From positions 14,763,903 through 14,827,902 of the forward strand of contig CM082577.2 in NCBI GenBank assembly GCA_040954595.2: a stretch of DNA of 64,000 nucleotides, written 5' to 3'. Every line of letters begins with the position of its first letter. The first letter of the stretch is position 1. The position numbers were made by a program, and so were the translations under genes. The notes beneath the pieces are model-generated. The model made no database searches, was not told the DNA's origin, and worked only from the letters and a program-made list of their open reading frames with translations. This document shows, piece by piece, positions 13,367 to 26,500 of the stretch. This stretch comes from Balanoglossus misakiensis (lineage: Eukaryota; Animalia; Hemichordata).

Positions 13367-14017
13367 ATCTCGTTATCTCGAGATACTAAGTCGAGATAAC
13401 GAGATACTAAGTCGAGATCTCGAGATACTAAGTCGAGATAACGAGATACTAAGTCGAGATCTCGAGATACTAAGTCGAAATAACGAGATACTAAGTCGAG
13501 ATAACGAGATACTATAAGTCGAGATCTCGAGATACTAAGTTGAGATAACGAGATACTAAGTCGAGATCTCGAGATACTAAGTCGAGATAACGAGATACTA
13601 AGTCGAGATAACGAGATACTATAAGTCGAGATCTCGAGATACTAAGTTGAGATAACGAGATACTAAGTCGAGATAACGAGATACTAAGTCGAGATAACGA
13701 GATACTATAAGTCGAGATCTCGAGATACTAAGTTGAGATAACGAGATACTAAGTCGAGATCTCGAGATACTAAGTCGAGATAACGAGATACTAAGTCGAG
13801 ATAACGAGATACTATAAGTCGAGATCTCGAGATACTATGTCGAGATAACGAGATACTAAGTCGAGATAACGAGATACTAAGTCGAGATAACGAGATACTA
13901 CGTCGAGATCTCGAGGTACTAAGTCGAGATAACGAGATACTAAGTCGAGATCTCGAGATACTAAGTCGAGATAACGAGATACTAAGTCGAGATCTCGAGA
14001 TACTAAGTCGAGATAAC
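13367..14017. repeat. Tandem array of a 21-bp unit (GAGATAACGAGATACTAAGTC / GAGATCTCGAGATACTAAGTC), about 30 copies
   Basis: Direct reading. Two alternating variants occur, plus occasional 23-bp units with an extra TA. Confidence 0.95.
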
Positions 14018-14614
14018 GTCGGAGACACATGTACTAAGTAAGTTTGTGTGTTTGGATTTCCTTTGCTCGTTGTTGCTCGAATCATTTGAATTAGGCCTAG
14101 TTGTGTTGTAGGCTTTCTTTGTGTGTTTCTTTGATTGGACTTTCTACTACACTCAGCTCAGATAAGATATCCAACTAAATAGTTTGATGATATGCATTTT
14201 CATCTATCCAAGACAAATTGTCTTCCTATTAAAGAGAGCAAAGGACGTTTTTTTATCCCCGGACATAATGTGACTTGTTTCGAAAGGTAAAGTGGGAAGG
14301 TGAATATATATTGCAGTGAAGCCGGTGTGATAAACTTTTCCAACAGCGGCTAATTGGCAATATTTGTGAGAAATCGTCATGTTGCGGCTTGGTATAGTGG
14401 CTAAACACGTGTATTATTTGGACGATGTGTGGTAATATATTGGCGATACTAGGATTTATCTCACACGATCTTGTTGTTCGGTACGGTCAAATAAACAGTA
14501 TTCCTGTATCCCCTTGTATGTGGGAGTTGTGTATAGTTATTTAAGTAATAGTACAACAGAAATAGTTACAACTGTTATTCTGCTTAACACACAGCTGTGG
14601 ACGTTTCATGTGCA

Positions 14615-14920
14615 ATGAAAAGAAAGGATATCATTAAGTGTTATTTTCATATGGGTTTTAGGTACAACGAAATCCTCGCTCTGCTAGCTACAAATCATGG
14701 AATTGTAGTCAGTATGCGACAATTTCAGAGGACTTTGAGAAAACTGCAGCTTTTCCGACGAAAAAATCACTCTGATATCAACGAGGTTATATCGTTTATA
14801 AGAAGTTAGGTTGCCAAGTCAGGCAGGCTTCATGGGTATCGCTGGATGCACCTAAAATGCATTCATAAAGGTTTTAGTGATTGACAGAGAAAGTGTGCGT
14901 TTGTTACTCAAAGCTATTGA
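14615..14920 (+). pseudogene. IS3EU-like transposase N-terminus (Clr5-like HTH)
   Basis: IIKCYFHMGFRYNEILALLATNHGIVVSMRQFQRTLRKLQLFRR...*...GRLHGYRWMHLKC; internal stop, then truncated. Confidence 0.6.
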
Positions 14921-14922
14921 AA

Positions 14923-15069
14923 TTGTTATCTACAACATCGACAAACATAGCAAGAAATGAACATTGATTTTTTTTTAATTTTATTACCAATCTTAACAAC
15001 AACAACAACAACAACAACAGTAACAACAACAACAACAATAACAATAACAAAATTACTCAGTTCCCTGTG
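14923..15069. mobile_element. Terminal fragment of the P-type non-autonomous element
   Basis: Matches the TIR of 19291-20474; ends GTTCCCTGTG followed by CTATAAAA. Confidence 0.75.
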
Positions 15070-15580
15070 CTATAAAACAGTACGATTTGCGAAAATGCGC
15101 CGAGAAAAACAATTTCAAATTTGAACCAGGCGCTGGGATCATGGCAGTAGCCATGTTGTGACGTATGACGTGTGGGCCGTAGTATCATTTTAAGGGGGTT
15201 GGCAGCTTTCATTACGATGGGCACATCCGCATTCTAAATAAACTTGTCTACGTTCTCTTTCAAAATATCATGTTAACAATTATTTCGCATTGAGAATTTC
15301 GAAGAAGTAAAAATGATACATTCAAAATGGCAAAACCGCCAGCTTTGAAAACGTTATTTCAGCTTCTAATAACCGAATTTTACAACACCCCTCTCCACTA
15401 GCGTCCTATGCCCTGTACGTCGCTCGCACGCGCAGCGAACTGTCGTGCCGCGCGTTCTCAAAAATTGTTCGAGACGCGGAGTGTAATACCGTAAAATATC
15501 GCGCTCAGTGTAATACCGTAAAATATCTTCGGGGCGAGAACAATAGAAAGTGCCAAATACAGGCGTTGCATGTATGATAA
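15070..15580 (+). mobile_element. Body of hairpin-ended (Crypton-like) element family 1, separated from its hairpin
   Basis: Near-identical to 17827-18337; ends GCATGTATGATAA. Confidence 0.7.
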
Positions 15581-15969
15581 ATTACAATACAATACAATAC
15601 AATAAATTGTTTGATTAATTGCTTATAACTTTAATAATGCACACACAAGTGCGGCTATTTATTTTTTACCTAGTTTATAAAAATACTGCCACAGCATATC
15701 TAAACATTGACAGATAAGAAACAATCATTAAATTGTTTTATCATATCATATCATGTTGGTTTTATTCTGTGAAAAGTTGAACTGTCATAGGAATCCAGGT
15801 GCCACATAAAGTTTGGCCCTAGCGACCCATATTTGCGACGGCGAAGTCGTCTGCGTTTTCTTTCTTCAACTCCTGCATTACAATCAACAAATAGTAAAAA
15901 AAAATAAAAAAGTAAACAAAAAAACAGGAAAACATTTTAAAAATATAACTAAAATTATGAAACTTCCAA

Positions 15970-16706
15970 AGGCTGCCTCGGCCACCCGATTGTTTATTGC
16001 TCAACTCGTACGAGTACGTGTAACTGCGTTCAAAATAACGCGAAAAAAAGGAGGCGAAACCTTAAGAGTCATACAGATAAATGGATACTTCCCAACTCTT
16101 TGTCATAAAATCTACCATTTTACGTCTTGAATACAGTGCAGTCGATAGTCAGAACGTACACTTCCGGGTGTTGCTCGTACGAGTTGAGCGGTGGCCGAGG
16201 CAGCCTTTACAGGGCGCCCGATTGGTCAATTTAAATAGGCAGAGAAAACAGAGCCATCATCATCAGGCGCGTGATTCAAATGTGATTGAATTTGACTGGG
16301 TACGACTTGGAAATCGCCGTTTTTCCACTCGTTTGCAGGTCGATAGATGAAGTGAAGCCCAAATTAGGTCAGTTAGATAAATTTCAATGCCTATGGTGGC
16401 ATAATTTAATCGCTCGCTGGTGAATGGGGTGATTTTTCAGGGCCTTGAAGGTGGCCCATGAGCCTAGATCCAGGGCATGTGAATTCCACCCTTGCCTGTA
16501 TGTAAGACGGTAGTGACATTCGGCGACCTAGGTCGTGTTTTCCACGATTATGGTTGGGTTTTTTTTACAGTTATCTACAACATCGACAAACATAGCAAGA
16601 AATGAACATTGATTTTTTTTTAGATTTTATTACCAATCTTAACAACAACAACAACAACAACAATAACAACAACAACAACAATAACAAAATTACTCAGTTC
16701 CCTGTG
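15970..16706. mobile_element. Half copy of the P-type non-autonomous element
   Basis: Homologous to 19291-20474; ends GTTCCCTGTG followed by TTTTATAG. Confidence 0.75.
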
Positions 16707-16877
16707 TTTTATAGGTAGGCATGTATGATAAAGGGGTTATTACACGGATTTTGGTCGATAACGCGACGCATTCTCGTGATGTCCGTATTTCGACTCGTTG
16801 CGAAGCGCAACTCGTCAAAATACGGACACACTCGAATACGACGCGTTATCGACCAAAATCCGTGTAATAACCCCTAA
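16707..16877 (-). mobile_element. Hairpin end of family-1 element, inverted
   Basis: ~145-bp imperfect palindrome at 16732-16875; reverse complement of 17664-17834. Confidence 0.75.
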
Positions 16878-16910
16878 GTATTGTATCGTGTCGTATCGTA
16901 TCATTGCAAC

Positions 16911-16975
16911 TTGTTATTTCGACTAAGTATCTCGAGATCTCGACTTAGTATCTCGTTATCTCGACTTAGTATATC
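16911..16975 (-). repeat. About 3 inverted copies of the 21-bp IS3EU-like unit
   Basis: GACTTAGTATCTCGTTATCTC is the reverse complement of the array unit. Confidence 0.8.
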
Positions 16976-17663
16976 AGCAACCATGCAGAAAATGAGTGCT
17001 TGTTTCTAGAATATGCTGGTCCCTGGGCTGTCATCTTGTCAGCTACTATATTTACACCTGCTAGTGATAGAACAAAAAGAAATGGACCAAGCAACTATTT
17101 GCCTGGCCCAATCCAATGTCAAAATAAAACGCGTTTACACACTATCTGCCAAAATAGCAGTCTTACCTGCTTACTGCAAAAATATTTGCATTTGCGAGAA
17201 TTTTCCATGACAAACTAGCACATTTATTTTGTTAGCAATTGTGTAACCCAAACAACAAATGTACAAAATTTGTGGAAGATACAGGATAAAGTTCATGATT
17301 TCCCAGGTGATAATTATTACAGAGGACTTCTCAATTACAAGTCGTTTCCTAAACTCCTCTGTAGGCACCACCACTATCCAGCACATCTGCATGTATCTTT
17401 CAAAAAGCCTCAGCTATGTGCCACATACATTTCGTCAGTACTTCCCTGAGATGTATTTTGCAACATACTTTACAAAATATTTGCATTTTTCAACCCAATA
17501 ATTGTATGTTCTGTATGACTGTCCTGTCAACAAATCAAGAGATGTTTTTTCATTATTTATGACATTTGCAGCTTACAGTTTGGACAAAGACTTCTCAGTT
17601 GCATGATGTATTTTTTGAAAATCACTTGATTCTTTAGTGATAATACAGTTCATATTCTGGTAT

Positions 17664-18337
17664 TTAGGGGTTATTACACGGATTTTGGTCGATAACGCGT
17701 CGTATTCGAGTGTGTCCGTATTTTGACGAGTTGCGCTTCGCAACGAGTCGAAATACGGACATCACGAGAATGCGTCGCGTTATCGACCAAAATCCGTGTA
17801 ATAACCCATTTATCATACATGCCTACCTATAAAACAGTACGATTTGCGAAAATGCGCCGAGAAAAACAATTTCAAATTTGAACCAGGCGCTGGGATCACG
17901 GCAGTAGCCATGTTGTGACGTATGATGTGTGGGCCGTAGTATCATTTTAAGGGGGTTGGCAGCTTTCATTACGATGGGCACATCCGCATTCTAAATAAAC
18001 TTGTCTACGTTCTCTTTCAAAATATCATGTTAACAATTATTTCGCATTGAGAATTTCGAAGAAGTAAAAATGATACATTCAAAATGGCAAAACCGCCAGC
18101 TTTGAAAACGTTATTTCAGCTTCTAATAACCGAATTTTACAACACCCCTCTCCACTAGCGTCCTATGCCCTGTACGTCGCTCGCACGCGTAGCGAACTGT
18201 CGTGCCGCGCGTTCTCAAAAATTGTTCGAGACGCGGAGTGTAATACCGTAAAATATCGCGCTCAGTGTAATACCGTAAAATATCTTCGGGGCGAGAACAA
18301 TAGAAAGTGCCAAATACAGGCGTTGCATGTATGATAA
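17664..18337 (+). mobile_element. Complete hairpin-ended non-autonomous element, family 1 (Crypton-like)
   Basis: Terminal hairpin at 17666-17807, then an inverted-repeat pair TTATCATACATGC (17810) / GCATGTATGATAA (ends 18337) flanking the body. No clear TSD. Confidence 0.65.
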
Positions 18338-19290
18338 TTGACAGTAACATATCTTTTCATGACTAAATTCCTGCCATTTTTGTTTTATCTGTCAAATTTA
18401 TTTTATTATAGAACAGAGATTGCTATTATTATGTGAGAAAGTCGACAAACTATCTGATATGACTGTTTCTCTGGATGGACTAAATAAATCAGTCAAGTAT
18501 ATGAACTCATTTTTGAAGACTATAAAAACAGATAGAAGCCCTGAAAATCGAAAACAAAGACCTGCGCCATAGACTTGAAACTCAACAAAGGCAACTGAAC
18601 AATGCAGAAAAAGCCACAAATTTTAGGGTCGACCATGTTTGTGCACAATTCTATCAATTATATACATTGTTTCCCTTCATTTTGTATCACACTGACCCTG
18701 GTTTCCACTGTTTACAACTCTTTTTTTAATTTTTAATGCGGTAAATGTTACGTGGTTCATTTTGTGAAAGATAACATTGGTCTCTGTGTAGGCTGTTGAG
18801 AACTTGCAATGATTTCTGATGGATGACCTTTAATTGTCTACATAAAGAATCCTGTGAGTTAATGTGTATATCAGATTTGTTATGACTGTTATGACAAATC
18901 AAGAGATGTTTTTTCATTATTTATGACATTTGCAGCTTACAGTTTGGACAAAGACTTCTCAGTTGCATGATGTATTTTTTGAAAATCACTTGATTCTTTA
19001 GTGATAATACAGTTCATATTCTGGTATTTAGGGGTTATTACACGGATTTTGGTCGATAACGCGTCGTATTCGAGTGTGTCCGTATTTTGACGAGTTGCGC
19101 TTCGCAACGAGTCGAAATACGGACATCACGAGAATGCGTCGCGTTATCGACCAAAATCCGTGTAATAACCCATTTATCATACATGCCTACCTATAAAACA
19201 GTACGATTTGCGAAAATGCGCCGAGAAAAACAATTTCAAATTTGAACCAGGCGCTGGGATCACGGCAGTAGCCATGTTGTGACGTATGAT

Positions 19291-20417
19291 CACAGGGAAC
19301 TTAGTAATTTTGTTATTGTTGTTGTTGTTGTTGTTGTTAAGATTGGTAATAAAATTAAAAAAAAAATCAATGTGTCATTTCTTGCTATGTTTGTCGATGT
19401 TGTAGATAACTGTAAAAAAAAAACCAACCATAATCGTGGAAAACACGACCTAGGTCGCCGAATGTCACTACCGTCTTACATACAGGCAAGGGTGGAATCC
19501 ACATGCCCTGGATCTAGGCTCATGGGCCACCTTCAAGGCCCTGAAAAATCACCCCATTCACCAGCGAGCGATTAAATTATGCCACCATAGGCATTGAAAT
19601 TTATCTCACTGACCTAATTTGGGCTTCACTTCATCTATCGACCTGCAAACGAGTGGAAAAACGGCGATTTCCAAGTCGTACCCAGTCAAATTCAATCACA
19701 TTTGAATCACGCGCCCGATGGTGATGGCTCCATTTTCTCTGCCCTTTTTAAATTGACCAATCGGGCGCCCTGTAAAGCAACACCCGGAAGTGTACGTTCT
19801 GACTATCGACTGCACTGTATTCAAGACGTAAAATGGTAGATTTTATGACAAAGTTGGGAAGTATCCATTTATCTGTATGACTCTTAAGGTTTCGCCTCCT
19901 TTTTTTCGCGTTATTTTGAACGCAGTTACACGTACTCGTACGAGTTGAGCAATAAACAATCGGGTGGCCGAGGCAGCCTTTACAGGGCGCCCGATTGGTC
20001 AATTTAAATAGGCAGAGAAAATGGAGCCATCACCATCGGGCGCGTGATTCAAATGTGATTGAATTTGACTGGGTACGACTTGGAAATCGCCGTTTTTCCA
20101 CTCGTTTGCAGGTCGATAGATGACGTGAAGCCCAAATTAGGTCAGTGAGATAAATTTCAATGCCTATGGTGGCATAATTTAATCGCTCGCTGGTGAATGG
20201 GGTGATTTTTCAGGGCCTTGAAGGTGGCCCATGAGCCTAGATCCAGGGCATGTGGATTCCACCCTTGCCTGTATGTAAGACGGTAGTGACATTCGGCGAC
20301 CTAGGTCGTGTTTTCCACGATTATGGTTGGGTTTTTTTTTACAGTTATCTACAACATCGACAAACATAGCAAGAAATGACACATTGATTTTTTTTTTTTA
20401 ATTTTATTACCAATCTT

Positions 20418-20450
<33 letters not shown>

Positions 20451-20474
20451 AACAAAATTACTAAGTTCCCTGTG
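19291..20474. mobile_element. Non-autonomous P-type element, 1184 bp, ~485-bp TIRs, 7-bp TSD
   Basis: Termini CACAGGGAAC...GTTCCCTGTG. GTATGAT is duplicated at 19284-19290 and 20475-20481, and the empty site is visible at ~17920. CA..TG termini with 7-8 bp TSDs are typical of P. Confidence 0.8.
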
Positions 20475-20807
20475 GTATGATGTGTGGGCCGTAGTATCAT
20501 TTTAAGGGGGTTGGCAGCTTTCATTACGATGGGCACATCCGCATTCTAAATAAACTTGTCTACGTTCTCTTTCAAAATATCATGTTAACAATTATTTCGC
20601 ATTGAGAATTTCGAAGAAGTAAAAATGATACATTCAAAATGGCAAAACCGCCAGCTTTGAAAACGTTATTTCAGCTTCTAATAACCGAATTTTACAACAC
20701 CCCTCTCCACTAGCGTCCTATGCCCTGTACGTCGCTCGCACGCGCAGCGAACTGTCGTGCCGCGCGTTCTCAAAAATTGTTCGAGACGCGGAGTGTAATA
20801 CCGTAAA

Positions 20808-21120
20808 TTATATTATACCAGTATATTGATGGTGTAAATCACGCTATTTGATTGGTCGAGACACGACACGTGACCGTGATATATTAGCCATATACCACAG
20901 TCATATATCATAGTCAAAGAAAATGCCTTTTTAAAATGTTTTATGCAAAGTTTCAATATACTGGCATAATATAATAGCAATAAAACACCCCAAGCCATGG
21001 TATACCACTCGATTTTGACCAGTTCAACTCCATATACGCACTCGCTATCGCTCGTGCGTATATGTCGTGAACTGGTCAAAATCTCGTGGTATACCATGGC
21101 TGGGGGTGTTTTATTGCTTA
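20808..21120 (-). mobile_element. Hairpin-ended non-autonomous element, family 2 (Crypton-like), nested in family 1
   Basis: Absent from the paralogous copy (~18250). Hairpin at 20976-21118; IR pair at 20809-20829 / 20953-20973. Inserted in an A-run with no clear TSD. Confidence 0.7.
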
Positions 21121-21793
21121 AATATCGCGCTCAGTGTAATACCGTAAAATATCTTCGGGGCGAGAACAATAGAAAGTGCCAAATACAGGCGTTGCATGTA
21201 TGATAATTGACAGTAACATATCTTTTCATGACTAAATTCCTGCCATTTTTGTTTTATCTGTCAAATTTATTTTATTATAGAACAGAGATTGCTATTATTA
21301 TGTGAGAAAGTCGACAAACTATCTGATATGACTGTTTCTCTGGATGGACTAAATAAATCAGTCAAGTATATGAACTCATTTTTGAAGACTATAAAAACAG
21401 ATAGAAGCCCTGAAAATCGAAAACAAAGACCTGCGCCATAGACTTGAAACTCAACAAAGGCAACTGAACAATGCAGAAAAAGCCACAAATTTTAGGGTCG
21501 ACCATGTTTGTGCACAATTCTATCAATTATATACATTGTTTCCCTTCATTTTGTATCACACTGACCCTGGTTTCCACTGTTTACAACTCTTTTTTTTAAT
21601 TTTTAATGCGGTAAATGTTACGTGGTTCATTTTGTGAAAGATAACATTGGTCTCTGTGTAGGCTGTTGAGAACTTGCAATGATTTCTGATGGATGACCTT
21701 TAATTGTCTACATAAAGAATCCTGTGAGTTAATGTGTATATCAGATTTGTTATGACTGTTACGAAACATAAAATTGCTTTTCTTTCATTACAG

Positions 21794-23506
21794 TACACAG
21801 CAGCATTCCAGAGTGTATTACAGAAGCAACCACCATGGATCACAGTGACGTTGGCAGTGGAGAAGATGATTGGGATGATAACAGTGTAGTAGACGCACCG
21901 AATGCAGATAAAATGCCTAATCACTCCAGTTACAGTACTGATAATCCAGGAGTCATCTCAGAGGTCAACTTAGAAGAAGCTGCATTTTTACTACAGGATG
22001 AGAGTGAATTTTCCACCTTGCCAGCCAATTTTTCACTTGATGAATTTTTCAACAGCCTGAAAGACCGATCTGTCTTTGCTGATAACCCCGAGTCATCACC
22101 ATACAAGATAAATCACCTGACCACGTTGCAGTCTAAAGATGAACAGAAATGCCAAGCATTTCTTTCCCTCCAGTGGTCGAGAATATACAATTTCATCAAG
22201 GTAAAAAACAGCAACACACCAGTCGAAAGTGCTAACAAGAAAACCTTTGTGTCATGTCTTGGAGATTTCCATAATTTTGTAACAACAAGTGCAGACCTTG
22301 AGTGTGAGTTCAAGCAACTGTGTGGAAGTGCAACGTTAACAGGGACTCATTATGAGTGTTTGGCAGACATCTGTGTGCGTTTGAGACAGCTCCTTGTAAA
22401 CCACATTGCCACAAGTGTAAGGCTGAACAGGGTACCTGGTGAGGCAAGTCAGAATGACTTATCAACAATCGCAGTAACATGACCAGTGAAGGGAAAGGAA
22501 AGGTTAGATTTGTTGGGGGATGGACAGTGGCGAAGGTAAGGGAGAAGAACAGGAGGTATGTGCAAAACAATGTTGGCTCAACTGATGCCAGCGTCAGGAA
22601 AAATTTCAAGGATGCATACACCAGGAAGTTGTTGCTTGACAGTATGACAGTGCCAGCATCAGCCATCACAACTAGTACTTCTCATCCCGAGACAGTATCA
22701 TTCACAAACCACAGACAGGGCATAAGAAATGGGCTCACTCACATCACAGACAAGGGCTTCCATTTCTTCCTGCACTTAGAAGAGAAGAGAGTGTCATGTT
22801 TGACACAGGCTGGTTTGGATAAATACAAAGAAAACCTCGTTCACCAAATAGTCACAAATGTCCTGAATGACACAACACTTCAAGGAGAATTCCGTGAGGT
22901 ACTTCACCTTCCTTCAGAAATGGATGCAGTTACAAATGAAGCTACCACCACCGAAGAATTGTAACATCAGAAGCCATAACCTGCGTCAAAGGTCTGTTTT
23001 GTGATGTTGTGAAACGTTATTTCAACATGGGAACTGGTCAGTTTTGCATGACTTTCGCCGTGATTCCAAAGTAAACAGAAGCACACCGGAAAAGGGACAT
23101 GCAGAGGGCACAACAATCCAAGGTGAAATCAAATAAAATCGGAATAGAAGACTTAATGTCGGACTGCAGTGACCAGAAAGTTGCAACACACAATCTACTG
23201 CTGTCGCGAATTGCACAAAATCCAAAATTATTTGAGGAAAGAATATACACCAAACAGGAACTGAAGTTATTTTTCCTTCTGTATAACATACCATATGTGC
23301 ACAGTCACACCAAAAGGGTCATGAACTACAATCTTGTCATGAGAGTAAGAGAGTGTCAGGGTGACGAGCCTGGCCCTTTAAATGTAGCACTGCAACAGTA
23401 CCTACGTGACCAGGGGCCATTGAACAAGCGACAACGTTCCATCTCAGCCATGGTGGAAGACAAAATTTCATTGTCCACCTATCCAAAAACATATCAAGGT
23501 CACTGA
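21794..23506 (+). pseudogene. Frameshifted ORF, probably transposon-derived (resembles the C-terminal region of P-like transposase proteins)
   Basis: Three abutting ORFs (21835, 22479, 23099) follow a splice acceptor. VRFVGGW and RNGLTHITDKGFHFF resemble the YxAGY / RGGLxxxS motifs. Confidence 0.4.
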
Positions 23507-26500
23507 ATATATGTGCTTTTGAAACTTGTAACAGGTTTGCTTGTGCATACAATACAAATGACAGTGTTATATTGAAAGTTGAATATTTTATTTCTGTTCT
23601 AACAAGTTTTTATGGATAATTGAATGTACACAAGACGATTACAGCTAATCGGAGCTTATCCTTTAGACTCAAGAAAGTATACATCTGCTATAAAATAATT
23701 GCAACTCCTGTACATTGAATGGAAACAATTTAATGCGGTCTGTAAATGATGTTCTCCAGTGGTTTGAAATAAATAATTACAAGAGGAATTGAAAAGCATA
23801 TACTATGTCTTTAAATGCAGTTTTTATTGAAGTGCACAAACATTTTGAATACGCCATACCATACAAATAAAGTGTTTTATTGACAATGGATTTGAGGATT
23901 ACATGGAAATAGGTATACACCATATTTAAGACAGGGAGTTCATAAGCTAAAGTGATATTCGGTCATTCAACAGGAAAAAACAAACAAAAAAATGTGAAAA
24001 AAGTTTATTGACTTTAATATGTCAACTACAAAGGCAGAAATGTTTGACCCAAGGAAATCATGAAATACACAAAAGATATCATTTCTACAATCTCTTACCA
24101 CAGTGAGTTGGTGACTTTTAACTCAGAATGCAATTTGACCCCCTAGCACAAAATGAAAACCTATTTAAGGCAGCCAGAATTTTCGCCATTTTTAGCTCTG
24201 CTGTCACTTGTGTCAGCCGAGCTGTAGCTGTTGTTTGTTTACACATTCAATTTGTATATAAATCCATATTCTGGAGCCAATTTAACAGTACCATATCCTC
24301 TATTTAACCATGGCTTGCATAAATTGAAAGAGGGTCTCAGCCATTCACAACACTGCATTTTTGCACAGTTGCACTGATATAGTAATATAATATCTGTTTC
24401 AATAGGATCCTAATCCACCATATCAGCTTGTTTTGGCTGAGCTGTCCAAGGCATCCTTCGAGGATGTCATTGACATCGCTAGGATGCACACAGATGATTT
24501 GATCTCAAGAGTGCACAGTTTGATGTCCAGACCTGGAGTACCTGCAGTACAGGAGGACAAAAGGTATGTTTCTTATAATGCCTCATAAGTAATCATGTAA
24601 CTGTGAAGCAATAGTGAATAATTCAAGCGACCTTTGCTAACTTTTCCCGATATATTTTGCTATAAATATTAGACTTGACTTTGAAACTTCAAGGTCCTTT
24701 CACCATCGCATAGACAATCTTGAACGTATATGTACCGGTACACCATGTTTGTACCGTGTTTAGTTCATCAAAAATTCATTTTTTGTGTTAGGAATGCAGC
24801 TGTTGATTTGTACATGGGTTACCTTGGCAACATGATTTTTTTCTACAATGGCACATATGTGTGAAGTCAAGATAATGTGTTTGAAAAGTACAGTATCTGG
24901 GCTTCTGGAAAAGGCATGGTGGAATGTGCTATCCAAATATCACATCTGACATTCGACAGCACTGCTTTAAAGATGTGAATCAAATATACCCATGTACATA
25001 TGTACATTCCTGCAAAACACTTAATTTGAAACTCCCGAGTACGGTAGTGAGATGAAATAAAGAATTTGTATGGTAGTATGAGGATCCACGAGGCAGAATT
25101 GTTTTTAATATTTGGCAATGAAATAATGCTGGATTATGAAAATGAAAATTGATTATGTATAATTACAGATACAAGAGCCCCATTTCTGGATTCAAGGTGG
25201 GCCTCTCAACTGCAGATGGGAATTGCTTTAAATATACAATAGTATAAGCACCCTATTGATAGGCTCAGAAAATCTGGCCCCTTTACTTCGACTCTGCTCA
25301 AGTTTATTCGGAGTGCTTCATACACCACATTTAGTTGATCAGGTAAGCTATTTGAAACTGTAATCATCAATATCCAGAATCTGCTGTAAATTATCTGATC
25401 ACAAAACAGTTTCTCTGCAGAGTCTGACTGACTTGCATTTTGTATATATACATAATTGTGCATTGTGCAAGTGTGTCCCACTTTGTGCGAACTTGAATAA
25501 AATGTGCAATTGTGTCATTTTAGAAAAATGTTTTTATTCTGGTTTGTACAAAAATACTTAGCCTTCTTTCAATCTGACAGCTTTGATACTCTAGCTGTGA
25601 TACTTGATGTACATTTTTTGAAATTCCGGGAATACATATTACATTAAATTTTATATATCAAACATGGATCCAAGGCAAATAGTCCAAACACTAAACATTC
25701 AAAGAACATATTAACTGAGTGGGGCTATGTCATCAATGATTACTTGTTTATTGCAGTACAAAAAAGAATTCAGCAATGTTGGAGCGGCCCTGCAATGTCT
25801 GCGATCCACCTGCAATGGAGACCTTATGGAAAAACTGAACACAGTATATTCAACTTTGCACGCAGAACCCACGGTAGAAGACTATATCAATTTTTCTTTT
25901 GTAGAAGAGGCACAAGCGGGGCTACGTGATGCAACATATTCCAGTTAGTAGATAGCAAGGGCATTATCACGATTTGGGCTCTCTGATCATAAATTAATGT
26001 TGAGGGCGCGAATCTTAAAGCAATGTGAGTTTACAACCCCTGATCCAATTCCCGGTCAGTACCAGTCGTCGGTCAGTTCACGGAAAGAGCGTCCCCATTT
26101 GTTTCTCGCGATACTGACACAATACTTGAAACTCGTAATATTCCATGGGTATTCACATTGACAATCAGCTGAAGTTTCAGAGACGTGCACGCTCGACTTG
26201 GCGCTGAAGCGATTGTTTTTTGAAGGCACGTCTAGGCCTTATCGTTGTGTTATCGTTCAGTATGGTGTGAGGGTAGCTAGAAAAAAGGTGCAATTTTATA
26301 TTCGCGCTGTCGAAACTGTTTTCGCTTTTTTCTTTGAAAATTACTTTCATAGTCCACGTTGATCCCTCATAAACAGGACTATATATCAGATTTCCGATTT
26401 GACGCAATTTTTAGCACGCCTTTCACGTTTTCCGTAAAGAATGTAGTAGGCTAGTTACTGGTCATACACAATGCAAAGGTGGACCCATGCGGGTTGCTTT

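Larger units (their letters stand above)
13320..14920 (+). mobile_element. IS3EU-like DNA transposon, 3'-truncated
   Basis: Terminus TATGAAAGCCCGTT at 13320, a subterminal 21-bp array, and a transposase N-terminus at 14615-14920. Confidence 0.55.
17529..21761 (+). repeat. Tandem duplication of a ~1364-bp unit; the second copy carries two later insertions
   Basis: 17529-18891 recurs at 18893-21761 (identical ORFs 18398..18619 and 21267..21488), with inserts at 19291-20474 and 20808-21120. Confidence 0.85.

Noticed and set aside
13367-14017. CRISPR-like array and the repetitive ORFs 13317, 13705 and 13812
   Set aside because: There are no unique spacers or cas genes, and the context is eukaryotic. 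The ORFs are translations of a 21-bp tandem repeat.
25955-26010. ALSRFGLSDHKL, resembling a LINE ORF2 C-terminal motif
   Set aside because: Too short, with no flanking reverse-transcriptase sequence.
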